24,000 nt of DNA from Bacillota bacterium (GTDB lineage: Bacteria > Bacillota > Desulfotomaculia > Desulfotomaculales > Nap2-2B). How positions within the stretch are numbered: position 1 is the stretch's first letter; each line of letters begins with the position of its first letter. The notes beneath the pieces are model-generated. The model ran no database searches. It was not told the DNA's origin and saw only the letters and a program-made list of their open reading frames with translations. Shown one piece after another: positions 10,057 through 17,934 of the stretch. Both the position numbers and the translations under genes were made by a program. Location of the stretch: assembly GCA_040755975.1 (NCBI GenBank), contig JBFLZY010000040.1, positions 1,512 to 25,511 on the forward strand, in the 5' to 3' direction.

Positions 10057-10111
10057 ATCTTCACTGATTTTTTCAATTTCTTCGCGCCTGTCTTCATTAA
10101 TTTAATTTCCG

Positions 10112-11098
10112 TTAATATTTCCGCGCGTGGATGTAGTCGGCGACCAGCTCCAGCGTTTTTTTCACCGGTTTGGCGGGCAAAACAGCCAGCGACTGCTTGG
10201 CGCGGGCGATAAACCGCTGCCCGACCCGGGCGGCAAAAGCCACGCCGCCGCATTCTTTGATCAATTCAATGGCTTCGGCAATGCCGTCCTGGCTTTGTTC
10301 CCGCGCGGAAATCAGAGCGTACAGCCGCTCTTTTTTGGGGCTGTGGGTCAGGGCGTAAATTGTCGGCAAAGTGAGAATGCCCTGGCGCAAGTCGCTTCCC
10401 ACGGGCTTGCCCAGCAATTCCTGATCGGCCACCAGATCCAGAATGTCGTCGGTAATTTGAAAAGCCATGCCCAGGTTGTAGCCGTAGCGGCGCAAAGGCT
10501 CGGATATGGCGGCCGGCGCCCCGCAGGCGAGCGCGCCCAGCTGACAGCTGGCGGAAATCAGCAGGGCCGTCTTGCGTTTAATTCGAAAGAAATAATCTTT
10601 TACCGTTTGGCCGAAATCGTAACAGGTAACAATTTGCAGCATTTCCCCCTCGCACATCTTTACGCTGGTGTCGGCCAGCACCCTGCTCATTAACGGTTCT
10701 TCGTAGCGAGAGACAAGGATCAGAGACTTGGCAAACAAGTAATCGCCGATGTGCGTGGAGACCTTGTTCCCCCATAAGGCCTTGACGGTGTCCACGCCCC
10801 GGCGCTTCACGGCCCCGTCCACCACGTCATCGTGGACCAGCGTGGCCATGTGAATTAATTCCAGGGCCATGGCCACGGGCAGGACGCGCTCAAAGGAATA
10901 ATCGGCGTACCGGCCCCCCAGCAGGCTGAAGGCGGGGCGCAGCCTTTTCCCGCCGGCGTTCAGGAGATGGGTGGCGGTTTCGGTAATGAACGGGTCCGGG
11001 GCCTGCAAAAAGTTTCTTAACTCCTGTTCCACAACCTTTAACTCGTTTCGTATTTCGCCGAAAAGCTCCTGCATTCTCCCCGCCCCGTCTGCAAACAC
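10112..11098 (-). CDS. Polyprenyl (heptaprenyl-type) diphosphate synthase
   Basis: GGKRLRPAFSLL...ALELIHMATLVHDDVVDGAVKRRG (FARM/DDxxD region)...GMAFQITDDILDLVADQELLGKPVGSDLRQGILTLPTIYAL. Confidence 0.92.
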   Translation of the reverse strand: MFADGAGRMQELFGEIRNELKVVEQELRNFLQAPDPFITETATHLLNAGGKRLRPAFSLLGGRYADYSFERVLPVAMALELIHMATLVHDDVVDGAVKRRGVDTVKALWGNKVSTHIGDYLFAKSLILVSRYEEPLMSRVLADTSVKMCEGEMLQIVTCYDFGQTVKDYFFRIKRKTALLISASCQLGALACGAPAAISEPLRRYGYNLGMAFQITDDILDLVADQELLGKPVGSDLRQGILTLPTIYALTHSPKKERLYALISAREQSQDGIAEAIELIKECGGVAFAARVGQRFIARAKQSLAVLPAKPVKKTLELVADYIHARKY

Positions 11099-11307
11099 TT
11101 GCCTCTCCGAGAATATTTCGCCCCAGACACTAAAAAATCCTCCCCCCGGAGGGGAAGAATCTTATCTAAATCCAACCTTCCTTAAGCTTATTACATTTCG
11201 GCCGGAAAATCAATGGCAGCAGATGGTTTTTGCGAGGTTGCCAAACTTTTCGGAATGATATAACATAACTTTTAAAAGTTTGCCGGCGGGGAGGTTATCC
11301 AATAATT

Positions 11308-11754
11308 ATGCGCCATTTCCTTTCCTGGGCGGATATGCAGGTAGGGGACACGGTCACTTTTTACCGTACCTTTACGGATGGAGACGTCGCCAATTTCATC
11401 GGCGTTACGGGAGACTTCAACCCCATTCACGTAGATCCGCAGGCCGCCGCCCTTTGCGGCTTCCGCGAACGGGTCGTGCCGGGGCTGCTTACCGGCAGCA
11501 TGATCACCCACGCCGGGGGGACCCTGCTTCCCGAGCCCTACCCGGCCACCAGGATGTCCTTTAAGTTTCTGGCCCCGGTATATATCGGGGAAACCATCTG
11601 CGCCCGGGTCACCGTTGCCGAAAAGGATCCGCAAAAAAACAGGCTGACCCTCCGGATGACCTGCACCAACCAGCAGGGCCGGGTGGTTTTGGAAGGAGAG
11701 GTATCCGGAAAGATTTTCCCCATCTCGCACCAGCGGGAAAACAACAATGCGTAG
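11308..11754 (+). CDS. MaoC-family (hotdog) dehydratase/enoyl-CoA hydratase-like protein
   Basis: SWADMQVGDTVTFYRTFTDGDVANFIGVTGDFNPIHVDPQAAALCGFRERVVPGLLTGSMI. Confidence 0.85.
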   Translation: MRHFLSWADMQVGDTVTFYRTFTDGDVANFIGVTGDFNPIHVDPQAAALCGFRERVVPGLLTGSMITHAGGTLLPEPYPATRMSFKFLAPVYIGETICARVTVAEKDPQKNRLTLRMTCTNQQGRVVLEGEVSGKIFPISHQRENNNA

Positions 11755-11882
11755 GGCCTATACGTAACGCCGTGCGGACCGCCTATCACCCAAACCTCTG
11801 GAAAATACTTTGCGGGAAAATACACTCGCGCTTGCGGGGCGGTTTTCGGAATTATTGATTGGTAAAATAAGCTCAACTCCAG

Positions 11883-12113
11883 TCACTTCAAGGCGACGAT
11901 AACTCCAATTATAGCAATACCTGTACCAACAATTGTCGGGATAAGCCACTTCATGGACGAAACCGAATCAGACAAAGATTTAACACTAATATTTAGGGAA
12001 TTTATTGCTTTAATAACCTCTCCAAAGGTCATGCCTTGTGCATCCATTAAGTTTTCAATATCCTGAGCGGGTATCCCTTGTTGTTTCTTAATTAACCTAT
12101 CAGATAAAAGCAT
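11883..12113 (-). CDS. Small hypothetical protein with a C-terminal transmembrane helix
   Basis: 76 aa; amphipathic/coiled N-part, then MKWLIPTIVGTGIAIIGVIVALK. Confidence 0.5.
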   Translation of the reverse strand: MLLSDRLIKKQQGIPAQDIENLMDAQGMTFGEVIKAINSLNISVKSLSDSVSSMKWLIPTIVGTGIAIIGVIVALK

Positions 12114-12278
12114 CTTTTAAATACCTCCCTCTTTATTTAGCTCTAATTATACCAAATAAATGTTCGCCTGAAAAGCAATCCAGAAAAACTTTTTTTTAGT
12201 CACGAAGGGTCAGGATACTGTGTAGGTTGTCTCATCACTGATGATAAGCTCAATTGCATCCTCTTATGAGGAATTATT

Positions 12279-12306
12279 GGAGCATCCGGCGGGACTTGAA
12301 CCCCAG
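12279..12306 (-). pseudogene. tRNA 3'-end fragment (T-arm, acceptor strand, CCA)
   Basis: Minus strand ..GGGGTTCAAGTCCCGCCGGATGCTCCA; no matching GCATCCG 5' acceptor strand found upstream. Confidence 0.4.
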
Positions 12307-12462
12307 CTTTTTCCCTCAAAAGGGAGTTAGAGCCACGAAGGTAATAATAAAGAAACGCAGGTTTCGGAATTATTGATTAGCCGCGGGCAAAGTGCTATAA
12401 TAACTTGTGGGTTCATTCCCAGGCGTTCTTTTTGATGGGCTCTTCCTTGCGGGTTGTTCTTT

Positions 12463-12560
12463 GGGGGTGGATGGGGCCTGGTGGCCCTCCTGGTCTTCAA
12501 AACCAGTCGCGGGGCGGCGCTCCCGTCCCTGGTGAGTTCGATTCTCACCCACTCCCGCCA
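12463..12560 (+). tRNA. selC: tRNA-Sec (anticodon TCA)
   Basis: 98 nt. Acceptor GGGGGTGG pairs with CCACTCCC (8 bp, one G-U). D arm GGGGCC-TGGT-GGCCCT (6 bp). Anticodon arm CTGGT-CTTCAAA-ACCAG. Long variable arm CGGGG..CTCCCG. T arm GTGAG-TTCGATT-CTCAC, then G-CCA. The 8+5 bp acceptor/T stack and 6-bp D stem are diagnostic of bacterial tRNA-Sec. Confidence 0.93.
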
Positions 12561-12734
12561 TTCCACGAAATTCGGCTCAAAAACCATTACCGCCCCAGGC
12601 GAATTGTTTGAACGAATCGTTCTAAAAGGTTCACAGACCGGCATCATTTTACATTTTATGTAATAAATAATTTAATATTTTCTCCTTCTTTGCTGGAGGG
12701 AAAGTTTGGGAAATGAACATTTTGCTCTTCCGCC

Positions 12735-13713
12735 CCGGCTTTTTGCGCCGGGGTTTAATTGGAGGTCCACCTGGTCACCGATACCGCCGAAGAGATCCTC
12801 ACCGTTCCGGTAGAGGCGGTGCTGAACAAAACCTCATGTCCCTGGGAGAGCTCGCCCTGGGCGTGGGCCACATGGTGGACTACTCGATCGTCGTCCTGGA
12901 GGCCATCTACCGGCACCGGAAAAAAGGCCGCCCCCCCAAAGAGGCCGTCAAGGAGGGGGCCGCCGAAGTGGGCATGGCGGCGCCGGGCGGGGGTCCTGCT
13001 GGCCGCCGGGGCGGTGCTGGGGGCGAGCCGCTTTCGTTGAGGCCGAAGGCCCCAACGTGATTTACCGGGACGGGCAGTCGCGGGTGGCCTACGTCTACGG
13101 CGACTACGCCGGGCGGGACCTGGGGAGCATCAACCGGGAGATCGCCGGAAAGCTCGCCTCCTTAAACCTCCCCCAGGGCTACTACCTGCGCCAGGGCGGC
13201 CAGCAGGAAGACATGGCCCAGACTTTCCGGTGGCTCTTCATCGCCCTCACCTTGGCCGTGCTGCTGGTCTACATGGTGATGGCCGCCCGGTTCGAATCGC
13301 TCCTCTACCCCTTCATCGTCATGTTTTCCGTGCCCCTTTCCGTAACGGGGGTGAGGGTCATTATGATGGTGGGAATCGTGGTGAACAACGCCATCGTCCT
13401 GGTGGACTACGTGAACACGCTACGGCGCCGGGGGTTCCCCCGGGACGAGGCCATCTTAGAGGCGGGGCCGGTGCGCCTGCGCCCCATCCTGATGACGGCG
13501 CTCACCACCATTTTCGCCCTCTTGCCTTTAAGCCTTGCCCTGGGCGAAAGCTCCGCGGCCCAGGCGGCCATGGCCACCGTGGTCATCGGCGGGCTCATCT
13601 TCTCGACCTTCCTTACCCTGGTGGTGGTGCCGGTGGTCTACACCCTGTTTGACGACCTGGGGCGGGCGGTAACGGACAGAAGAGGCAAAAGGCGGGGTCT
13701 AAAGCAGGCGTAA
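12735..13713 (+). pseudogene. Remnants of an RND efflux system (membrane-fusion-protein tail fused to AcrB-like pieces)
   Basis: EVHLVTDTAEEILTVPVEAVLNK (MFP-like), then in another frame NLMSLGELALGVGHMVDYSIVVLEAIYRHRKKGRPPKEAVKEGAAEVGMA, then 13057-13713 DMAQTFRWLFIALTLAVLLVYMVMAARFESLLYPFIVMFSVPLSVTGVRVIMMVGIVVNNAIVLVDYVN... (RND C-terminus with an internal loss). Confidence 0.85.
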
Positions 13714-13811
13714 AAAACATGGAAAAAGAAAATCCTGCAGAAAAAAATTTCCAGCCAAAGAAATCATCAAGGTGCTGATCACCCATTACGCAAAGCCAAT
13801 GACTTAAAACG

Positions 13812-14054
13812 CTAAACCGCTATCTCTACTTTCCTGAGATCTAAAAAAGGCAAAAGCTCCTCTAACAACTTCTTGCTCCGCTTGGAATAATCGAAAATAA
13901 CAACGCCAGATATTCTTTCATCAGTTTCCGAGCGACGAATAAAAACACCGGGATAAATTTCCTCATCATCGCCTGGCACAATCGGAGAAAAAAAAAGGTG
14001 AAGAATATCATGTTTTTCATCATATTTTGCTTTCTGGGGTGATAGCTTTGCCAT
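13812..14054 (-). CDS. DUF2283-like small protein, putative antitoxin
   Basis: KYDEKHDILHLFFSPIVPGDDEEIYPGVFIRRSETDERISGVVIFDYSKR; overlaps the upstream gene by 35 nt. Confidence 0.5.
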   Translation of the reverse strand: MAKLSPQKAKYDEKHDILHLFFSPIVPGDDEEIYPGVFIRRSETDERISGVVIFDYSKRSKKLLEELLPFLDLRKVEIAV

Positions 14055-14394
14055 TGTAAATGATCCCCCCTCGTTCTATTTTTTCCTGTTTTAGATTGCT
14101 CTTAACCTGCCACGAGACAACCTCTTCAGGCCTGGTTGAGGCATCAACCACTACCACCAAAGCCTTTATTTTGCCGGCAAATTCAACAAGGTCAATGTAT
14201 CTGCGCCTGGTAGCAGCAGGATCATCGTAATTATAGTATACATACCTGGGCTTCTGCAATACTTCCGGCACCAAATCAAGGGCTCTAAGACGAGCTTCAC
14301 GGTCCGCCTCGGATTTCTTTGATGAGTAAACATGCATGCTAAAGACGTAATTTGTTAAAACTACTTCATCTCCTTTAAAATCTTTCACAGACAT
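14020..14394 (-). CDS. Small protein resembling PBECR/RelE-like phage-associated nucleases, putative toxin
   Basis: VVLTNYVFSMHVYSSKK...LQKPRYVYYNYDDPAATRRRYIDLVEFAGKIKALVVVVDASTRPEEVVSWQVKSNLKQEKIERGGIIYNG; overlapping operon with a DUF2283-like gene. Confidence 0.45.
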   Translation of the reverse strand: MSVKDFKGDEVVLTNYVFSMHVYSSKKSEADREARLRALDLVPEVLQKPRYVYYNYDDPAATRRRYIDLVEFAGKIKALVVVVDASTRPEEVVSWQVKSNLKQEKIERGGIIYNGKAITPESKI

Positions 14395-14637
14395 ATATAT
14401 TCAGAACGCTTCAATTCGTTCCTGCCCCCAAAAAATAACCTGCTATTAATCTTTTGATGCATTCAACTGGATAATGCATTGGTTGCCGGTAGCCAGCAAG
14501 GAGTTCACCCTGGCACTTGAGTCAGGAGCCGCCTAACTTAAGAGCGGCAGCCCGGGGATTTATACGGTTCCTGCCGTTAGTCAGCAGGACGCTGCTGCCG
14601 ACTGTGAGCCGGACGACCCCGCCGCCCTTGATCGGGG

Positions 14638-15705
14638 CTAAGGAGTTTTGTCCAAAGCCCCGTCAATGACGCGCTCCGCTTCGGCAAACGAATCGGCGGC
14701 AAAAATTTCGGTGAGCACGGCGTCCAGTGTTTCCAGGCTGGTCATCCGGCGCACTTTTTCCTGGATCTCGGCAGACTCCACGCCAAACCTTCTGGCCAGG
14801 AATTTGCATATAATTTCCTGCGTTTTTTCGATCTTTCCCTCGATCTTCCCCTCGATCCTGCCTTCAAGCCTGCCTTTTTCGTGCCAGCTGGTGGTGATCT
14901 GCATGATCGCCAAAGCCTCCTTTTGATCCATTTTGTCCAGTTCGCGGTAAAACTCTTCCTCTTCCTGAGCGGTCAGCTTAAGGTAAGTCTCGAAAAAGCC
15001 GCCGATTAATTCCGCGCGCCGGATCGAGCTTAAGGCGGGCCAGCATGCGCATGAACTCCAGCTTGACCTGCACTCTTTCCTCCGGGAGAAGCCCATCTTG
15101 CTTAACAGGGCTGCGGCCACGGGATTGTCGCTGGCCAGGTAGTCCCGCCAGGGGAGTTTTTTGATTTCCAGCTTGTAAAAGCGAAAGCGCAGGACGCTTA
15201 AGAAGGAAAAGCCCAGGTCGAAGCGGTCCGGTTCGTCCCGCAACCGGTCGTAGCTGAAGACGGCAATGGGCAGGATCCGGCGCCGGTATTTTTCGTACAG
15301 GCGGCTGAAATAAATAAACATCCGCTCGTTAAAGTCCTTTTGGACGTACGCCTGGTTTTCCACGTGCACCAGGATTAACCCCGGTTCTTCTTTGAGCCTG
15401 GTCTCCACCAGGATATCGACGGCATGCCTTTCGCCGGCCGTAACGTCGGTAAATACTTCCTGCTGCAAAAAGCGCAGGTGCGTAAAGTCGATCGCCCGGC
15501 TGGCGGCGGGGAAAAACAACTGCATAAATTCGGTGAAAAAGGTTTTCAGCAGTTCCTTGAACAGCCGGTCGTGTCGATCTGCTCCCTGCTCACTCTTTTT
15601 TCGCCGCCCCCGTTTCTTGTCCTGACCCATCGATCCAACCTGTTTTTTAGATTCTAACATTCTTTGGGGAAAGAAACAATAGCCGCGTGCCGCTATAGAG
15701 GACAC
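14638..15705 (-). CDS. Rpn family recombination-promoting nuclease/putative transposase (PD-(D/E)XK-like)
   Basis: HDRLFKELLKTFFTEFMQLFFPAASRAIDFTHLRFLQQEVFTDVTAGERHAVDILVETRLKEEPGLILVHVENQAYVQKDFNERMFIYFSRLYEKYRRRILPIAVFSYD. An internal segment (~15020-15090) is frame-displaced. Confidence 0.8.
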   Translation of the reverse strand: MSSIAARGYCFFPQRMLESKKQVGSMGQDKKRGRRKKSEQGADRHDRLFKELLKTFFTEFMQLFFPAASRAIDFTHLRFLQQEVFTDVTAGERHAVDILVETRLKEEPGLILVHVENQAYVQKDFNERMFIYFSRLYEKYRRRILPIAVFSYDRLRDEPDRFDLGFSFLSVLRFRFYKLEIKKLPWRDYLASDNPVAAALLSKMGFSRRKECRSSWSSCACWPALSSIRRAELIGGFFETYLKLTAQEEEEFYRELDKMDQKEALAIMQITTSWHEKGRLEGRIEGKIEGKIEKTQEIICKFLARRFGVESAEIQEKVRRMTSLETLDAVLTEIFAADSFAEAERVIDGALDKTP

Positions 15706-15755
15706 CCGCGCCGGTATAAAATAGAAAAACTTCCGGGCCTCTTTTCAATAGCGGA

Positions 15756-15868
15756 TCAGATCAGGCCCCCACCAAGGAGATAGGCGGCGCGTTTTTCGCC
15801 CGCCGTGACGTCGGTAATCACTTCCTGGGGCGAAAAACCGAAATAAAAAATACATTGCAGTACTTGCC
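15756..15868 (-). pseudogene. Short remnant of a second Rpn-family gene
   Basis: Minus-frame FSPQEVITDVTAGEKRAAYLLGG resembles the neighbouring FLQQEVFTDVTAGERHAVDI. Confidence 0.6.
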
Positions 15869-15908
15869 TTTTTGATCTATAATGTAAAAAATTCAGAGAG
15901 GTGAAAAG

Positions 15909-16208
15909 TTGAGAATGTCTGAAATTACGACTGCAAATCGATATAAATATCCTAAGGCAAGGAAAGTACGCGTCTGGGGCAAAGGGCAATTCACAATTCC
16001 CGCGGAAATAAGAGAACGGCTGGGGATAAACGAAGACTCTTATCTGGAGGTTTTCCAGGTAGGAAGGGCCATCATAGCTACACCGGAAAGATTGGCCGTA
16101 AAAGAGCTTGCCGAAAGCGTCCAGAAAGAGATGCACGAGGGCGGCGTTGATCTCCAATGTTTGCTTCGGGAGCTAAGGGAAGGCAACCACGAATATGAAA
16201 CAGACTAA
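15909..16208 (+). CDS. AbrB/MazE-type antitoxin
   Basis: KVRVWGKGQFTIPAEIRERLGINEDSYLEVFQVGRAIIATPERLAVKELAES; overlaps a PIN gene by 14 nt. Confidence 0.8.
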   Translation: MRMSEITTANRYKYPKARKVRVWGKGQFTIPAEIRERLGINEDSYLEVFQVGRAIIATPERLAVKELAESVQKEMHEGGVDLQCLLRELREGNHEYETD

Positions 16209-16639
16209 AGTTTTCCTGGACAGTAGCGTAATCATTGCCGGTCTCGCGTCAAAAAAAAGCGGTTCTTATGAGGTCCTTACCCTGGCTGAGTTAAAGATCA
16301 TAATCCCGTGCATATGTGAAGATATTGTGCGCGAAGTGTTCCGGAATGTGCAAAAGAAATTGCCCGGCAGCGCGGCGCACTTTTATGCGCTGTTCAAAAA
16401 GTTGCCTTTCAAAAATAATAGACCCATTGGAGGAAGACTTGGCGCTGGCAAGGAAATTAATTAACGAAAAAGATGCGCCGATTTTGGCGGCGGTCATGTC
16501 GGGGGAAGTGAACTGGCTGCTGAGTCTTGATAAGCATTTTTTAAGTGCAGAGCTGGAAGGAAAGGTTAAGTTTCAGCTCTGCACGCCGGGAGAGTTTTTG
16601 CAGAGGTTGCCGGACTCAATCAGCGTAAGCCCATATTGA
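16195..16639 (+). pseudogene. PIN-domain toxin with one apparent frameshift near 16411-16430
   Basis: KVFLDSSVIIAGLASKKSGSYEVLTLAELKIIIPCICEDIVREVFRN in one frame; DPLEEDLALARKLINEKDAPILAAVMSGEVNWLLSLDKHFLSAEL in the next. Together they form a full PIN domain. Confidence 0.75.
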
Positions 16640-16655
16640 AAACTCAATATATTAA

Positions 16656-16886
16656 CCATGTTTTCTGATGCGGATAATGGATGGTGCAATTACCACAAAT
16701 GCTTTTCTAACTCGACGCATGTTTTTTGATAGCTTCACTCACTATTTCTCCTTTTAGTTTCGGTGATAGCCCTTTTAATCGAACAAGAATAACCCCTTGG
16801 GATACGCCCTTGCCGGAAAACCAGTTCCCCAAAATCTTTATCAGCCGTTAATAAAATTGAATACTTTCATCAGCAAGGAATTTCAT
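16656..16886 (-). pseudogene. Decayed DUF5615 (Mut7-C-like PIN) toxin remnant
   Basis: Minus strand MKFLADESIQF, then (internal deletion) ADKDFGELVFRQGRIPRGIILVRLKGLSPKLKGEIVSEAIKKH, then frame-shifted RKAFVVIAPSIIRIRK. Confidence 0.65.
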
Positions 16887-17068
16887 TGCACGCTCTCCCT
16901 GACAGGGTAAACAACATCGGCTTTCAAAGCTTCAGCAGCAAAAGCCGGCGCTGCGTAAATAGCTTCGCGAGTCAAGCGTGGATGCGCTTCCAATCTTTGA
17001 TCAATAGTTTCACCAGCAGCAAGCTTTTCCAGGATCAATTCTACAGTAATGCACGTACGTACCGGCAA
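16883..17068 (-). pseudogene. DUF433 antitoxin, 5'-truncated
   Basis: TVELILEKLAAGETIDQRLEAHPRLTREAIYAAPAFAAEALKADVVYP matches the DUF433 core. The usual N-terminal RI.IDP.I..GKPVI.GTRI segment is absent. The stop codon (TGA) overlaps the ATG of the downstream DUF5615 remnant. Confidence 0.65.
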
Positions 17069-17342
17069 TAACAGTTTTACCCATCATAAACGCAAACATA
17101 ACCTGAGCAAAGATGAAGTTGAACAGGTATTTATAAATGACCCTCATTATCGCTTCCTGGAAAAAGGTAAAATAAATGGTGAGAATGTATATGCAATTTA
17201 TGGCCGGACAGATTCAGGGCGATACTTAACAGTAATTTTTATTCGCAAGTTTAACAACCGGGCGTTAATCATCACTGCCCGTGATATGGATAGAAAGGAG
17301 CGAAAGCAATATGAAAAGCAAAAAAATAGACGAGATTCCTGA
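17049..17342 (+). CDS. BrnT-like toxin
   Basis: HKRKHNLSKDEVEQVFINDPHYRFLEKGKINGENVYAIYGRTDSGRYLTVIFIRKFNNRALIITARDMDRKERKQY; followed by an overlapping antitoxin-like gene. Confidence 0.7.
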   Translation: MHVRTGNNSFTHHKRKHNLSKDEVEQVFINDPHYRFLEKGKINGENVYAIYGRTDSGRYLTVIFIRKFNNRALIITARDMDRKERKQYEKQKNRRDS

Positions 17343-17565
17343 TGACATAACCATAGAAGAAGCTTCCGAATTTTGGGATACTCATAGTGTCGCGGATTAT
17401 CCTTCCAGGATGGTCCGAATAGAATATAGCCCCGAAGGAAACGTTACTTTTATTGCGATTTCAAATGAACTATTGAAAACATTAGACCAGAAAGCAAAGA
17501 AGGAAGGAATTTCTGTCGAAACACTGGTCAATTTATGGATCCAGGAAAAGCTCATCAGTGCGTAA
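17281..17565 (+). CDS. CopG/BrnA-like antitoxin
   Basis: IDEIPDDITIEEASEFWDTHSVADY...VTFIAISNELLKTLDQKAKKEGISVETLVNLWIQEKL; overlaps the toxin gene. Confidence 0.7.
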   Translation: MIWIERSESNMKSKKIDEIPDDITIEEASEFWDTHSVADYPSRMVRIEYSPEGNVTFIAISNELLKTLDQKAKKEGISVETLVNLWIQEKLISA

Positions 17566-17568
17566 TAA

Positions 17569-17601
17569 AGGTGACCTTTTACGGACAGAAAAAGATCACC
17601 T
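17569..17601. terminator. Stem-loop just after the BrnA-like gene
   Basis: AGGTGACCTTTT ... AAAAGATCACCT, 12-bp arms with one mismatch, 4 nt after the stop codon. Confidence 0.55.
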
Positions 17602-17704
17602 AAGATTAGTTTTTGGTTTACTTTCACGAAAGAAACTATATGTTGTCTGCCCGGGGTATGGGGACAAGCACACCGTCACCGAAGCTTACGGTAGATCTCT
17701 TCAT

Positions 17705-17922
17705 ATAATTTAATCTACCCCTTCGTCATGCAGATCATCCCAGAAACTCACTTCATACCTATCGGGCAAATGTATTTGATAGTTTTAGCCACTTCCACTT
17801 TCTCTTCCTTTATCATGCTGTCATCCCATTACTATTATATATGGCTCCGGATAACAATCCTGGAATGATGGAGACAGCCCAGAAAAAACCATGCCGGAGA
17901 TGAGCACGTTGGTATCAAGCAT
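17705..17922 (-). pseudogene. Decayed PIN-domain toxin partner
   Basis: ATG at 17922 reads MLDTNVLISGMVFSGLSPSFQDCYPE... then stops. A later minus-strand piece YEVSFWDDLHDEGVD resembles PIN (..FSFWDALI..). It starts 13 nt after the AbrB-like gene. Confidence 0.5.
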
Positions 17923-17934
17923 TACTCGCACAAT

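Noticed and set aside
12610-12622. GAACGAATCGTTC perfect palindrome as a LexA/DinR box
   Set aside because: Spacing does not fit the CGAAC-N4-GTTCG Firmicute SOS consensus, and the downstream DNA is pseudogene.
12327-12647. ORFs at 12327-12647 (-), 12370-12561 (-), 12405-12611 (+) and 12454-12663 (+)
   Set aside because: They overlap the well-supported tRNA-Sec gene and show no protein family features.
14396-14636. Structured-looking intergenic sequence (...ccctggcacttgagtcaggagccgcctaacttaagagcggcagcccgggg...) considered as a group II intron or ncRNA remnant
   Set aside because: No recognisable domain V or intron ends could be identified by eye. Needs an Rfam scan.
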